Assembly (NCBI GenBank): GCA_001823695.1
Contig: MHVD01000017.1
Location: 1-59,238, forward strand
Direction of reading: 5' to 3'
Origin: Candidatus Zambryskibacteria bacterium RIFCSPHIGHO2_01_FULL_43_25
GTDB lineage: Bacteria > Patescibacteriota > Minisyncoccia > Phycocordibacterales > Zambryskibacteraceae
DNA: 59,238 nucleotides
Shown: positions 1-9,773 of the stretch, in pieces
Layout: the number at the start of each line of letters is the position of its first letter
Position numbering within the stretch: position 1 is the first letter of the stretch
The notes under the pieces: model-generated
Told to the model about the DNA's origin: nothing
The model's database searches: none
Seen by the model: only the letters and a program-made list of their open reading frames with translations
Program-made: the position numbers and the translations under genes

Positions 1-72
1 GAGGACGGAGTTTTCAAAGCGGTACAGGGTATTACCACTCTTGAAGAGGTTTTGAGGGTTGTATCTGAATAA
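1..72 (+). CDS. pilB: C-terminal end of type IV pilus assembly ATPase (PilB/GspE family), partial
   Basis: Frame 1 reads EDGVFKAVQGITTLEEVLRVVSE*. GxTTxEEVxRV is the typical PilB C-terminus, and the gene lies directly upstream of pilC. Confidence 0.8.
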   Translation, partial: EDGVFKAVQGITTLEEVLRVVSE

Positions 73-75
73 AAA

Positions 76-1293
76 ATGGCTGTTTTTAAATATAAAGCTA
101 TAAACAAGATAAGCGGTATGTATGAAGATACGGTAGAAGCCAATGACCGCTTTGCTGTCTACCAATTGGCCAAGGACAAAGGGGACACGGTCGTGCACGT
201 TAAGGAGTTAAAAAGCAAGACGCTCCACTTTTTTTCAAGAACCACGGGCTTTTTCGGCAAAATAAAAGCTCACGATAAGGTAATTTTTGCCAGAAATTTG
301 GGCGCTATGATACAAGCCGGCCTTCCCGTGACGCGGGCCCTGTCTGTCATGGAGAGACAGGTAAAAAATAAAAAGCTTAAGAGAGTTCTCTTGAACATAA
401 AGGATGATATAAGCAAGGGACGAAGTTTAAGCGATTCTCTAAGGTCAATGCCGGGGACTTTCTCTTCGCTCTTCATTTCAATGGTAAAGGCCGGAGAGGA
501 AAGCGGCAAGTTGTCCGACGCTCTGAAGGTTATCGGCTTGCAGATGGAGAAGTCTTATGTGCTGGCGAGAAAGATAAAAGGAGCTCTGCTTTATCCTGCA
601 GTTATCGTTGTCATAATGATAATTATTGGTGTGTTGATGCTCGTATATATGGTCCCGACTTTAACGGCGACCTTTGAGGGTTTGGGAGTGGAACTGCCGG
701 CAAGCACCAGGGCGATTATTGCCGTGAGTGATTTTTTAAGAACTCAATATGTTCTGACTATTGTTACTGTTTCGGGTCTCATTGCCGCGACTTTCCTTTT
801 TTCAAGAAGCCGAAGAGGCAAGAGGGTACTGTCTCTCATGCTTATACATCTACCGATTATCGGCTATATGGTCAAAGAAATTAACGCCGCTAGAACAGCC
901 CGCACCCTGTCTTCACTGCTTTCTTCCGGCGTGGACATAGTCGTGGCTATAGAAGTCACGGGCGATGTCGTTCAGAATGTTTTTTTCAAAGAAGTCCTGA
1001 ATAAGGCGCAGCACAATGTAGAAAAAGGGGATTTGATATCTTCTGTTTTTATAGAAAATTCTCATCTATATCCGATTTTTCTGGGCGAGATGGTATCGGT
1101 TGGAGAAGAAACCGGACAATTGTCAGCAATGCTAGCTGAAGTTGCGAATTTCTACGAGGACGAAGTTGACCAAAAAACAAAAAACATATCAACAATTATT
1201 GAGCCGATACTAATGGTTCTTATGGGCATTGTTGTCGGCTTTTTTGCCATTTCAATGCTTGCGCCGACTTACTCGCTCGTAGAAGCCATATAA
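76..1293 (+). CDS. pilC: Type IV pilus inner-membrane platform protein (T2SS F family)
   Basis: Two T2SSF repeats (AGEESGKL, VGEETGQL) with intervening TM helices; MAVFKYKA N-terminus. Confidence 0.93.
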   Translation: MAVFKYKAINKISGMYEDTVEANDRFAVYQLAKDKGDTVVHVKELKSKTLHFFSRTTGFFGKIKAHDKVIFARNLGAMIQAGLPVTRALSVMERQVKNKKLKRVLLNIKDDISKGRSLSDSLRSMPGTFSSLFISMVKAGEESGKLSDALKVIGLQMEKSYVLARKIKGALLYPAVIVVIMIIIGVLMLVYMVPTLTATFEGLGVELPASTRAIIAVSDFLRTQYVLTIVTVSGLIAATFLFSRSRRGKRVLSLMLIHLPIIGYMVKEINAARTARTLSSLLSSGVDIVVAIEVTGDVVQNVFFKEVLNKAQHNVEKGDLISSVFIENSHLYPIFLGEMVSVGEETGQLSAMLAEVANFYEDEVDQKTKNISTIIEPILMVLMGIVVGFFAISMLAPTYSLVEAI

Positions 1294-1300
1294 ATAAAAA

Positions 1301-3115
1301 ATGTTTTTCCAAACAAACAACAGAAGAACCGTCCCGCACGATTTTGGGTTTTCTCTTGCCGAAATAATTGTTGGCGCGGCGCTTTTCGCTCTTATTGCCG
1401 TGGCTGTGTATCAGGGTTATGCCAGTCTGTCGGTCCTTGTTTCGGCTGGAAGGGTGAAGACTCTGGCGGCTGATTTGGCAAACGAAGAAATTGAAATCAT
1501 AAAAAATTTGCCATTTGAACAAGTTGGCATCGTTAGCGGAATACCCGTTGGGGTTATAGAGAGGGATAAGACGGTTAATAAAAGCGGTTTTGATTTTAAT
1601 GTTGTGACAACTGTCAGAAATATTGATGATCCGTTTGACGGTCAAATAGGCGGGGATCCGAACGACTTGTCGCCTGCTGATTATAAACTTGTTCAAGTTG
1701 ATATTTCTTGCCCCACTTGCCGTGATTTTCCAACCATGAACATGTCTGCCAGAATCAGTCCGAAAAATCTGGAAACCGCCTCAGCAAACGGAGCTTTATT
1801 TGTGAAAGTGTTTGATGCCAATGGTATTCCGGTGCCTCAAGCGGATGTCCATATTGAAAATAATCAACTGAATCCGGCAATCATTATTGATGAAGTTACA
1901 AATAACAACGGCGAATTGCAGATTGTTGATGCTCCGCCCGGAGTCAATGCTTATGAAGTCACAGCGACAAAATCAGGATTTACCACGGACCGGACCTATC
2001 CTCCGGGCGCTCCGACGAATCCGAACCCAAGCAAACCGCATTCAACGGTTGTTCTTCAGCAGGTTACTCAAGTCAGTTTTCTTATAGACAAAACCAGCAC
2101 TTTAAACGTCAGTTCAATCACAGACGACTGCGCTATCGTGCCGTCTGCCTCATTCTCAATGGATGGCACGAAGGTTATAGGTACAAGCCCGGATGTCTTA
2201 AAGTACAGCGCCACGCACTCCACTGACAGTTTCGGCTCGCTGCTTATCCCCGGAATTGAGTGGGACAGTTATTTGATACAATCTCTTTCCTCAAGTCTCG
2301 ACCTCGTGGGCACAAACCCAGTCATGCCTTTCTCGGTACTGCCTGACGCAGTCCAAGATGTCCGGCTGATAATGCAGCCGAAAGACCCGAACACTCTTCT
2401 GGTTGTGGTCAAGGACTTAAATTCTCAGCTTCCTCTCTCTGATGTAGCAGTGACTCTAACCGGGACAAACTATAACCAAAGTTTAGTTACAGACAGAGGT
2501 TTTCTAAGGCAGACAGATTGGTCTGGCGGTGGCGGCCAATCTATGATAGGCAATCCAAATCAATACGACACTTCGGATGGCAACGTTGATACTACAACTT
2601 CACCCGGGGAAGTAACTTTGTTTGGCAGTTTTGGAGTCTTCGCTCCGAGCGGCAACCTGACTTCATCCACCTTTGATACTGGGACTTCGAGCGACTTTTA
2701 TCAGATTAACTGGAAACCGGTTGACCAGCCGCCGCAAACTGGATTTCCAAGCGCCAAATTCCAAGTCGGGTCAAATAACACCGATTCCCAATGGCAATAT
2801 GACGGTCCGGACGGAACACAGGGCACGTATTACGACGTAACAAACAGCAACATACATTCTTCTCATTCCGGCCACAGGTATTTCCGCTACAAGCTCTTCC
2901 TTTCAACGGCGGTTTCGACATCAACGCCAAATATATCTGAAGTCAGTGTCGTTTTTACCTCTAGTTGTATTCCGCCCGGCCAGGTCTCCTTTTCAGGTCT
3001 AAGCGACGGCACTTATACGCTCAATGTCACAAAACCCGGTTACGGAGACCATCAAGTGCAACTAAACATTTCAAATTCTTGGCAGAGTTATAGTGTTGAA
3101 CTTTCGCCGTCCTAA
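1301..3115 (+). CDS. Large pilin-like protein (class III signal) with beta-rich carboxypeptidase-regulatory-like domains
   Basis: GFSLAEIIV prepilin cleavage motif plus hydrophobic helix; VKVFDANGIPVPQADV and YTLNVTKPGY CarboxypepD_reg-like motifs. Confidence 0.75.
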   Translation: MFFQTNNRRTVPHDFGFSLAEIIVGAALFALIAVAVYQGYASLSVLVSAGRVKTLAADLANEEIEIIKNLPFEQVGIVSGIPVGVIERDKTVNKSGFDFNVVTTVRNIDDPFDGQIGGDPNDLSPADYKLVQVDISCPTCRDFPTMNMSARISPKNLETASANGALFVKVFDANGIPVPQADVHIENNQLNPAIIIDEVTNNNGELQIVDAPPGVNAYEVTATKSGFTTDRTYPPGAPTNPNPSKPHSTVVLQQVTQVSFLIDKTSTLNVSSITDDCAIVPSASFSMDGTKVIGTSPDVLKYSATHSTDSFGSLLIPGIEWDSYLIQSLSSSLDLVGTNPVMPFSVLPDAVQDVRLIMQPKDPNTLLVVVKDLNSQLPLSDVAVTLTGTNYNQSLVTDRGFLRQTDWSGGGGQSMIGNPNQYDTSDGNVDTTTSPGEVTLFGSFGVFAPSGNLTSSTFDTGTSSDFYQINWKPVDQPPQTGFPSAKFQVGSNNTDSQWQYDGPDGTQGTYYDVTNSNIHSSHSGHRYFRYKLFLSTAVSTSTPNISEVSVVFTSSCIPPGQVSFSGLSDGTYTLNVTKPGYGDHQVQLNISNSWQSYSVELSPS

Positions 3116-3124
3116 ACCCAAAAA

Positions 3125-3742
3125 ATGAATACTTTCAAACCAAAAATGAAAAATGGAATGACACTGGTCGAAGTTCTGATTAGCCTCGGCATTTTTGTAA
3201 TCATCAGTCTGGCGCTATCTGGCTTCGGCCGTGATATATTTTTTCTGCGTTCTTCTGCCGAATCAAACCTTTTAGCCCAAATGGAAGCAAGGCAGGTATT
3301 GAGAAACTTCGTATCGGAAACCAGAGGCGTTTCACCTTCAAGCTTGGGCAGTTACCCGATATCTCAAGCTGGCACATCCACAGTAACTTTTTTTGTTGAT
3401 CTTGACGGTGATAAACTCAAAGAGCAGGTCAGATACTTTCTTGATGGTGGTTCCCTAAAGAGGGGTGTTGTGATACCGAGCACCAACCCTGTCTCGTATT
3501 CGGGCAGTGAATCTGTGGCCACTGTTGTGAAATATGTCATCAACAGTTCCTCGACGCCGATATTTGAATACTATGACGAAAATTTTACCGGTACTTCCTC
3601 TCCTTTAACATATCCGCTTGATATTTCAAGAATCAGGTTGATAAAAGTTACTGTTGTAGTGGATGAAAATATTTCCAGACCTCCGGGGGCGATTGTGTCT
3701 TCAACAAATGTAACCTTAAGAAATTTAAAGAATAGCTTATGA
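3125..3742 (+). CDS. Minor pilin (PilW/PulJ-like)
   Basis: GMTLVEVLI prepilin motif; position in pilus operon. Confidence 0.8.
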   Translation: MNTFKPKMKNGMTLVEVLISLGIFVIISLALSGFGRDIFFLRSSAESNLLAQMEARQVLRNFVSETRGVSPSSLGSYPISQAGTSTVTFFVDLDGDKLKEQVRYFLDGGSLKRGVVIPSTNPVSYSGSESVATVVKYVINSSSTPIFEYYDENFTGTSSPLTYPLDISRIRLIKVTVVVDENISRPPGAIVSSTNVTLRNLKNSL

Positions 3743-5223
3743 GAATATTCAATAACTCAAATAGTAGGCGTTTCAAAGGCGGGCAGATAATTATTCAAGT
3801 GATTATATTCAGTTCGATAGCAGTTCTTTTGATTGGTAGTCTCATAAGCTCTGCGGCGATAAATATCAACTCGGCACGTCACGCGCAGGTGAGGGAGCAG
3901 GCCTTTCAGCTTGCTGAAGCGGGAATAGAGTATTACAGATGGCATCTTGCCCATGCGCCGACCGATTACCAGGACGGCACAGGTCAGCCGGGGCCTTATA
4001 TCCACGATGTGAACGACAAAGATGGCAATTTGTCTGGCCAGTTTTCTCTCAATGTAATTCCACCCTATATCGGTTCAACTTTGGTCCGTCTGGAATCAAC
4101 AGGAATTCCCGCGAACAGTCCGAACACTACTCGAACTATCGCGGTAGAGATGGCTGTCCCTTCTCTGGCAAAATTTGCTGTTGTGGCAAATAGCGTAATG
4201 CGTCTTGGCCAAGGCACTGAAGTTTTCGGACCAATACATTCAAATGGCGGTATTAGGTTTGACGGTCTAGCTCATAATTTAGTCACAAGCGCCCAAACTG
4301 TCTATGACGACCCCGATCACACCGGCAACAACGAATTTGGCGTTCACACGCACGTAAACATTCCTCCGCAGACAGGGATTAACGACACATTTCGCCCGCT
4401 TGAAGCGGTACCGAGTCCGATTATGCCTAGGCCGGATGTCTTCGTAGCTGGAAGGCAGTTCCCAACTCCTGTGACTGATTTTACGAGCATTACTTCCGAT
4501 CTGGCGATAATAAAAAGCCAAGCTCAAACGGGAGGAATTTACTATGGATCGTCTGGATATCAGGGATACCTGCTCATACTTAGAACCAACGATACGGTTG
4601 ATGTATATAGAGTGAGCTCTGTTACCAGTCCTCCGTACGGATGTACAAGCGCAAGTCAGCCCGGTTGGGGTACTTGGAGTGTCGGGACAACCCAATTTAT
4701 TGCCAATCATCCAATGCCTGCCAACGGCCTTATATTTATTGAGGACCATGTTTGGGTTGAGGGCAAAATTGATGGACAGAGAGTGACTATCGCTTCGGGC
4801 CGATTCCCGGATAGCCCTTCAACCAGGACTAGCATCACCGTAAATAATGACTTGGAGTATACCGATCATGGCGGCACTGATGTCATTGCTTTGATTGCTC
4901 AAGACAATATAAACATAGGGCTGGTCAGCGATGACGACTTGAGAATAGATGCGGCGCTGGTCGCTCAAAATGGCCGTGTAGGCAGATATTATTACAGAGC
5001 GCCCAGCAGCGGGCTTCAGAGATGCTCGCCTTACCATATCAGAAATTCGGTAGTTCTCTATGGAATGATTGCCACATACAACAGATACGGCTTCGCATAT
5101 ACCGACGGCACTGGTTATCAGTTGAGAGAAATCAACTATGATGCCAATTTGCTTTATGGCCCGCCGCCAAGCTTCCCTCTTACTTCCGAACATTATGAGA
5201 TTTTATCTTGGGAAGAGCTCTAG
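3739..5223 (+). CDS. PilX/PulK-like minor pilin with large C-terminal domain
   Basis: KGGQIIIQVII N-terminal helix, then AFQLAEAGIE PilX-N motif; last gene of the pilin cluster. Confidence 0.7.
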   Translation: MRIFNNSNSRRFKGGQIIIQVIIFSSIAVLLIGSLISSAAININSARHAQVREQAFQLAEAGIEYYRWHLAHAPTDYQDGTGQPGPYIHDVNDKDGNLSGQFSLNVIPPYIGSTLVRLESTGIPANSPNTTRTIAVEMAVPSLAKFAVVANSVMRLGQGTEVFGPIHSNGGIRFDGLAHNLVTSAQTVYDDPDHTGNNEFGVHTHVNIPPQTGINDTFRPLEAVPSPIMPRPDVFVAGRQFPTPVTDFTSITSDLAIIKSQAQTGGIYYGSSGYQGYLLILRTNDTVDVYRVSSVTSPPYGCTSASQPGWGTWSVGTTQFIANHPMPANGLIFIEDHVWVEGKIDGQRVTIASGRFPDSPSTRTSITVNNDLEYTDHGGTDVIALIAQDNINIGLVSDDDLRIDAALVAQNGRVGRYYYRAPSSGLQRCSPYHIRNSVVLYGMIATYNRYGFAYTDGTGYQLREINYDANLLYGPPPSFPLTSEHYEILSWEEL

Positions 5224-5247
5224 TTTGTATAGTGATATAATAGCCCC

Positions 5248-6009
5248 ATGGCTAGAAAGCTGATTGTAATAGCAAACTGGAAGATGGGTCCCTCTGGTTA
5301 CAAAAAAGCTAGGGAATTGTTTATATCGGAGAAGGCAAAAGCGAAAAAATACAGAAAAGTGAAAACAGTTCTATGCCCGCAGTCGGTCTTGTTGTCAGAG
5401 TTTTCTAAAATGCAGAATGGTTCGGTCAGTCTTGGGGCGCAAGATGTATCTTTTGCCGAGGGGGGCAGTTTTACGGGCGAATTTAGCGCGAGTTTACTTA
5501 GGGATATAGGGGTCTCTTTCGTCATAGTTGGCCATTCGGAGAGACGCGCTCTCGGCGAAACTGATGACGCAGTCTCTCGCAAGCTTGGCTTGGCTGTAAA
5601 GAACGGCCTTACTCCGATTCTTTGCGTGGGAGAAAGAGAGCGGGATATCCACGGGGAATACCTTTCCATATTAAGACAGCAGTTGTTTCTCTCTCTTTCG
5701 GGAATCCAAAGAAAAGATTTATCAAAAATAATTGTCGCCTATGAACCCATCTGGGCCATCGGCAAGACCGCCGACGATGCGGTAACTCCCGACAAACTCC
5801 ACCAAACATCTCTTTTTATTAAAAAAATGCTGCTTGAACGATATGGTGTTTCACCATCCTCTCTGCCGGCAATTATTTATGGCGGTTCAGTGGAGCCGGA
5901 CAATGCAGAAGAGCTCATTTCCGACGGCAATGTTGAAGGATTTTTGGTCGGGCACGCAAGTCTGGACGCCGGAGACTTCGGAGAAATACTGAAATCAGTG
6001 AACGGCTAA
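5248..6009 (+). CDS. tpiA: Triosephosphate isomerase
   Basis: ANWKM, GHSERR, AYEPIWAIG and YGGSV motifs. Confidence 0.97.
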   Translation: MARKLIVIANWKMGPSGYKKARELFISEKAKAKKYRKVKTVLCPQSVLLSEFSKMQNGSVSLGAQDVSFAEGGSFTGEFSASLLRDIGVSFVIVGHSERRALGETDDAVSRKLGLAVKNGLTPILCVGERERDIHGEYLSILRQQLFLSLSGIQRKDLSKIIVAYEPIWAIGKTADDAVTPDKLHQTSLFIKKMLLERYGVSPSSLPAIIYGGSVEPDNAEELISDGNVEGFLVGHASLDAGDFGEILKSVNG

Positions 6010-6017
6010 ACCGAAAT

Positions 6018-7121
6018 ATGAAAACCGTTGATTCAATCCCTGACGTTTCAGGCAAAAAAATTTTTCTGCGACTAGATCTCAATGTTCCCGTTTCAGGGGG
6101 CCGGATTGTAGATGATTTTAGAATTAAAAGGGCTCTGCCTACAGTTGCTTTTCTCAAGAGCCGAGGCGCCCAACTGATTATAGCTAGTCATTTTGAGGGC
6201 GAGAACAAGACTCTAGGTCCGGTATTTGAATACTTCAAAAATATTTATCCGGAAATGGCGTTTGTGAATGATTATTTCCCAAACAATATTGGCGAGGCTG
6301 GCTCTTCGGGGATTGTCTTTCTAGAAAATTTGCGAAAATATCCGGAAGAGAAGTTAAACGACGAGAATTTTGCCCGCCACTTGGCGTCTTTTGCCGAAGT
6401 TTATGTGAATGAAGCGTTTCCCGTGTCGCACCGCAGGCACGCTTCAATCATATCTTTGCCAAAATTCTTGCCCAAGTTTTGCGGTTTTGCTTTTGCTCAA
6501 GAGGTAGAGAAGCTCTCTTACGCTTTTACTCCGGACAAACCATTCCTTTTCATACTTGGCGGCGCTAAATTTGAGACCAAGCTACCTCTTATAAAAAAGT
6601 TTTCGTCTCTGGCAGACAGTGTGTTCATTGGCGGCGCTTTGGCCAACGACCTGCTCAAGGCTCGGGGCAATTCTGTCGGCAAGTCTCTCGTTTCTGATAT
6701 AAAAGCTGACCTGTCCGAAATTCCGGAAGGGAAACTTATCGTTCCTGTTGATGTTGTCGTAAAGAGCGAGAACGGAGAAGTCTCTGTTAAGCCCGTCAAT
6801 GAAATAGCAGAAGACGAGTCGGTGGTTGATTCGGGACCCAAAACAATTGAAATTCTTGGACAGAAAATAAAAGAAGCGCGGTTTATTCTCTGGAACGGAC
6901 CTTTGGGCAATTATGAGTTTGGCTTCAAAAAAGGAACAGAGGATTTGGCAAAACTTATAGCTCAAGCGCCGGCGCATTCAATTGTCGGCGGCGGGGACAC
7001 AATCGCCTCAATTGCCGAGCTTGATATCGGAGACAAGTTCTCTTTTCTCTCATCCGGCGGCGGGGCAATGCTTGAATTCTTGGCCACGGGAACTCTTCCG
7101 GGAATTGAAGCTTTAGAATAA
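6018..7121 (+). CDS. pgk: Phosphoglycerate kinase
   Basis: RLDLNVP, LENLR, GGAKFETK, WNGPLG, GGGDT and SSGGGAMLEFL motifs. Confidence 0.97.
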   Translation: MKTVDSIPDVSGKKIFLRLDLNVPVSGGRIVDDFRIKRALPTVAFLKSRGAQLIIASHFEGENKTLGPVFEYFKNIYPEMAFVNDYFPNNIGEAGSSGIVFLENLRKYPEEKLNDENFARHLASFAEVYVNEAFPVSHRRHASIISLPKFLPKFCGFAFAQEVEKLSYAFTPDKPFLFILGGAKFETKLPLIKKFSSLADSVFIGGALANDLLKARGNSVGKSLVSDIKADLSEIPEGKLIVPVDVVVKSENGEVSVKPVNEIAEDESVVDSGPKTIEILGQKIKEARFILWNGPLGNYEFGFKKGTEDLAKLIAQAPAHSIVGGGDTIASIAELDIGDKFSFLSSGGGAMLEFLATGTLPGIEALE

Positions 7122-7163
7122 ACTTCAATTACTGATTTAAACCAAAATCAACAACGACTCCAA

Positions 7164-7205
7164 AACGACTCCAAACTTCCGCTATAGCGGAAGTTTGGAG
7201 TCGTT
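7164..7205. repeat. 42-bp perfect palindrome, core CCGCTATAGCGG
   Basis: aacgactccaaacttccgc-tata-gcggaagtttggagtcgtt, preceded by a direct copy of part of the left arm. Confidence 0.9.
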
Positions 7206-7263
7206 GTTATTTTTGAGGGCTCTAGTTAGACATTTTTTAATGTTTTTATCACCTTTTTATACC

Positions 7264-7311
7264 TCTATATACGCTACAATTAAGCGATCGCCTAATTGTA
7301 GCGTATATAGA
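7264..7311. repeat. 48-bp near-perfect palindrome between convergent pgk and HIT
   Basis: tctatatacgctacaatta ... taattgtagcgtatataga, 19-bp perfect arms. Confidence 0.9.
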
Positions 7312-7321
7312 AATGGTGCAA

Positions 7322-7735
7322 TTACATCAACTCCTTCCTTATTTTTTGTGCCAGATCTCCGATTTTTTCCTTAGGCGGGTTATTTACAATAGTTTGCATT
7401 ATTCCCCCGCCGTCATTTGCCCACCTTGGAATCAAGTGTATATGCAGATGACGGATTCCTTTTTTTTCTAAATGGTTAATACCTATGGTTATCGAGTCAC
7501 AAGAAAGCACTTTTTCGAGACTGATGGAGGTTTTTCTTACAGTCGTCATTATCTCCCCGAGTTCTTTTTTACTGTAATCTATTACTGATTCCCCATGTCT
7601 TTTGTGTACTACCATTAGATGTCCGGGGGCAGACGGTTTGATTTCTAAGAAAGCGAAAGTGTTCCCATCCTCATAAACTTTATGAGAAGGTATTTCGCTC
7701 TTTATTATTTTGCAAAATACACATTTATCGTCCAT
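7322..7735 (-). CDS. HIT-family nucleotide hydrolase
   Basis: CVFCKII N-terminus and HLHIHLIP histidine triad; ATG at 7735 preferred over the track start at 7747. Confidence 0.92.
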   Translation of the reverse strand: MDDKCVFCKIIKSEIPSHKVYEDGNTFAFLEIKPSAPGHLMVVHKRHGESVIDYSKKELGEIMTTVRKTSISLEKVLSCDSITIGINHLEKKGIRHLHIHLIPRWANDGGGIMQTIVNNPPKEKIGDLAQKIRKELM

Positions 7736-7862
7736 GACGGTTGGCACTTGTCCAGCTAGTTTTTGTTTTACTTATTTTTTAATAAAAACAATCTTTATTC
7801 AACTAAATTTTACCACTTTTTTCAACTATAAAAAATTCTAACGGGGTGGTACAATCTCCCTA

Positions 7863-9575
7863 ATGAAGAATAAAGATTACCGTCTACGCGACCCGATTGA
7901 CAAGTCCGCCGCCCTGGAACTTTCTTCTTTTTCTCCTCTAGTCCAAAAACTCCTTTTTTACAGGGAAATCCGAAATAATCAGTTGGCAACTGACTTTCTC
8001 CGTCCTGATTATGAGAAACATACCCACAATCCATTTCTTCTTAAAGATATGGAAAGGGCGATCTCCAGAATTCTTGAAGCCGTCAAACTTCAGGAGAAGA
8101 TTTTGATTTACAGCGATTATGATGCCGATGGCATACCGGGCGGGGTAATATTGCGTGAATTTTTTGACAAAATCGGACACCAAAATGTTGAAAACTATAT
8201 TCCGCATCGGAGCGCGGAGGGTTTCGGCTTAAATGAAGAAGCGGTAAAGCGTTTTAAGGATTCAGGAGTCAACTTAATTATTACCGTTGACTGCGGTACG
8301 GCTGATTCAGCCCACATTGATCTGGCGAATAGGCTTGGAATTGACGTGATAATCACCGACCATCACGAACCAAACGGACATATGCCGAACGCCTGTGCGA
8401 TAATCAACCCGAAACAAAAAGATTGCAATTACCCTGACAAAAATTTATGCGGTTCGGGAGTGGTATATAAGCTTGTTCAGGCGCTTGCATCGGTGGGCCA
8501 TCTGCCCTTCAAGCAAGGTCAGGAGAAGTGGTTTCTGGACCTGGTCGGGATGGCTACTATTTCGGATATGGTTCCTCTGATAGGTGAGAACAGGACACTG
8601 GCATATTACGGCCTTAGAGTTTTGAGGAAAACTCCTCGCGTGGGGCTCTTGAAACTCTTCAGGAAACTCTACATTTCCGAGCGCAATCTTACCGAGGATG
8701 ATGTTAGCTTCACCTTGGCGCCAAGGATAAACGCCGCGTCTCGCATGGACCAGCCGATGGATGCGTTTAAGCTTCTTATTACCAAGAATCTCTCGGAAGC
8801 CGATGCGGTTTCCAATCACTTAAACAAGATAAACGATGAACGAAAGGGCATAGTCGCGAACTTGATTAAGGAAATAAGACATATAGTAAATGAAAAAAGG
8901 GCATCAGTAGGAGAAAAAGAGGTAATAGTAGTCGGTAATCCCAAGTGGCGGCCGGCGCTTCTGGGGCTCGCGGCCAACGTATTGGTAGAAGACTTCAACC
9001 GGCCGGTATTTCTCTGGGGCAGAGACGGCGGAAGCATAAAAGGATCATGCCGCTCCGAAGGTGTGTCGAATATTTTGTCAATAATGAATGAGAGCAAAGA
9101 TTGTTTTTCAGAATTTGGGGGACACGAGTTTGCCGGGGGCTTCTCCATTGATAATGAAAAAGTGCATTTTCTTGAAGACCGACTAGTGGAGGCCTATAAA
9201 AAGGTGGGCAAAGAAGAAACCGAAAAAATAGAATGGGTTGATTCGCATCTTCATCCGGATGACGCAAACGAAAATCTCTGGAGAGAGCTTCGGGAGCTGG
9301 CGCCGTTTGGCGTAGGCAACTCAAAACCGCTTTTCTTGATGGAAAATGTTCCCGTGAAATCAGTCAGACAATTTGGCAAGGACAACAATCATCTGGAAAT
9401 TTCTATTCCCAACAGTTCCGGCATGGAAATGAAGGCGGTTGCTTTCTTCTCCAAACCCGACTCGTTTAAAATGCTTCCTGAACCGGGAGGGAAGATAAAT
9501 CTGGTCGCCCACTTGGAGAAAAGTTTTTTCCAAAACCGTCCGGAACTGCGCTTAAGGATTGTTGATATTGTTTGA
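7863..9575 (+). CDS. recJ: Single-stranded DNA exonuclease RecJ
   Basis: DYDADG, TVDCG, TDHH, TISDMVPL, PRINAASR and GGHEFAGG DHH/DHHA1 motifs. Confidence 0.96.
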   Translation: MKNKDYRLRDPIDKSAALELSSFSPLVQKLLFYREIRNNQLATDFLRPDYEKHTHNPFLLKDMERAISRILEAVKLQEKILIYSDYDADGIPGGVILREFFDKIGHQNVENYIPHRSAEGFGLNEEAVKRFKDSGVNLIITVDCGTADSAHIDLANRLGIDVIITDHHEPNGHMPNACAIINPKQKDCNYPDKNLCGSGVVYKLVQALASVGHLPFKQGQEKWFLDLVGMATISDMVPLIGENRTLAYYGLRVLRKTPRVGLLKLFRKLYISERNLTEDDVSFTLAPRINAASRMDQPMDAFKLLITKNLSEADAVSNHLNKINDERKGIVANLIKEIRHIVNEKRASVGEKEVIVVGNPKWRPALLGLAANVLVEDFNRPVFLWGRDGGSIKGSCRSEGVSNILSIMNESKDCFSEFGGHEFAGGFSIDNEKVHFLEDRLVEAYKKVGKEETEKIEWVDSHLHPDDANENLWRELRELAPFGVGNSKPLFLMENVPVKSVRQFGKDNNHLEISIPNSSGMEMKAVAFFSKPDSFKMLPEPGGKINLVAHLEKSFFQNRPELRLRIVDIV

Positions 9576-9578
9576 TGA

Positions 9579-9773
9579 ATCCCGTTAGAAATAGGAAATG
9601 CTCAATGGAACTGCTGTTAAATTCGAAATTATTGTATAGACCAAAAAAGAAGCTGAATATAAAATAAGAGCATAAGCATTTCCGTATTTAAACTGCTTGC
9701 AGGTATATAAATATAAACGAGTCGATGATACGAATTTTCATTACAATATCAACCAAGTGATTTTTAACGGGAT
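9579..9773. mobile_element. MITE-like non-coding element with 14-bp terminal inverted repeats
   Basis: atcccgttagaaat (9579) versus atttttaacgggat (9760), 13/14 inverted match; ATGAA occurs on both sides. Confidence 0.6.
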
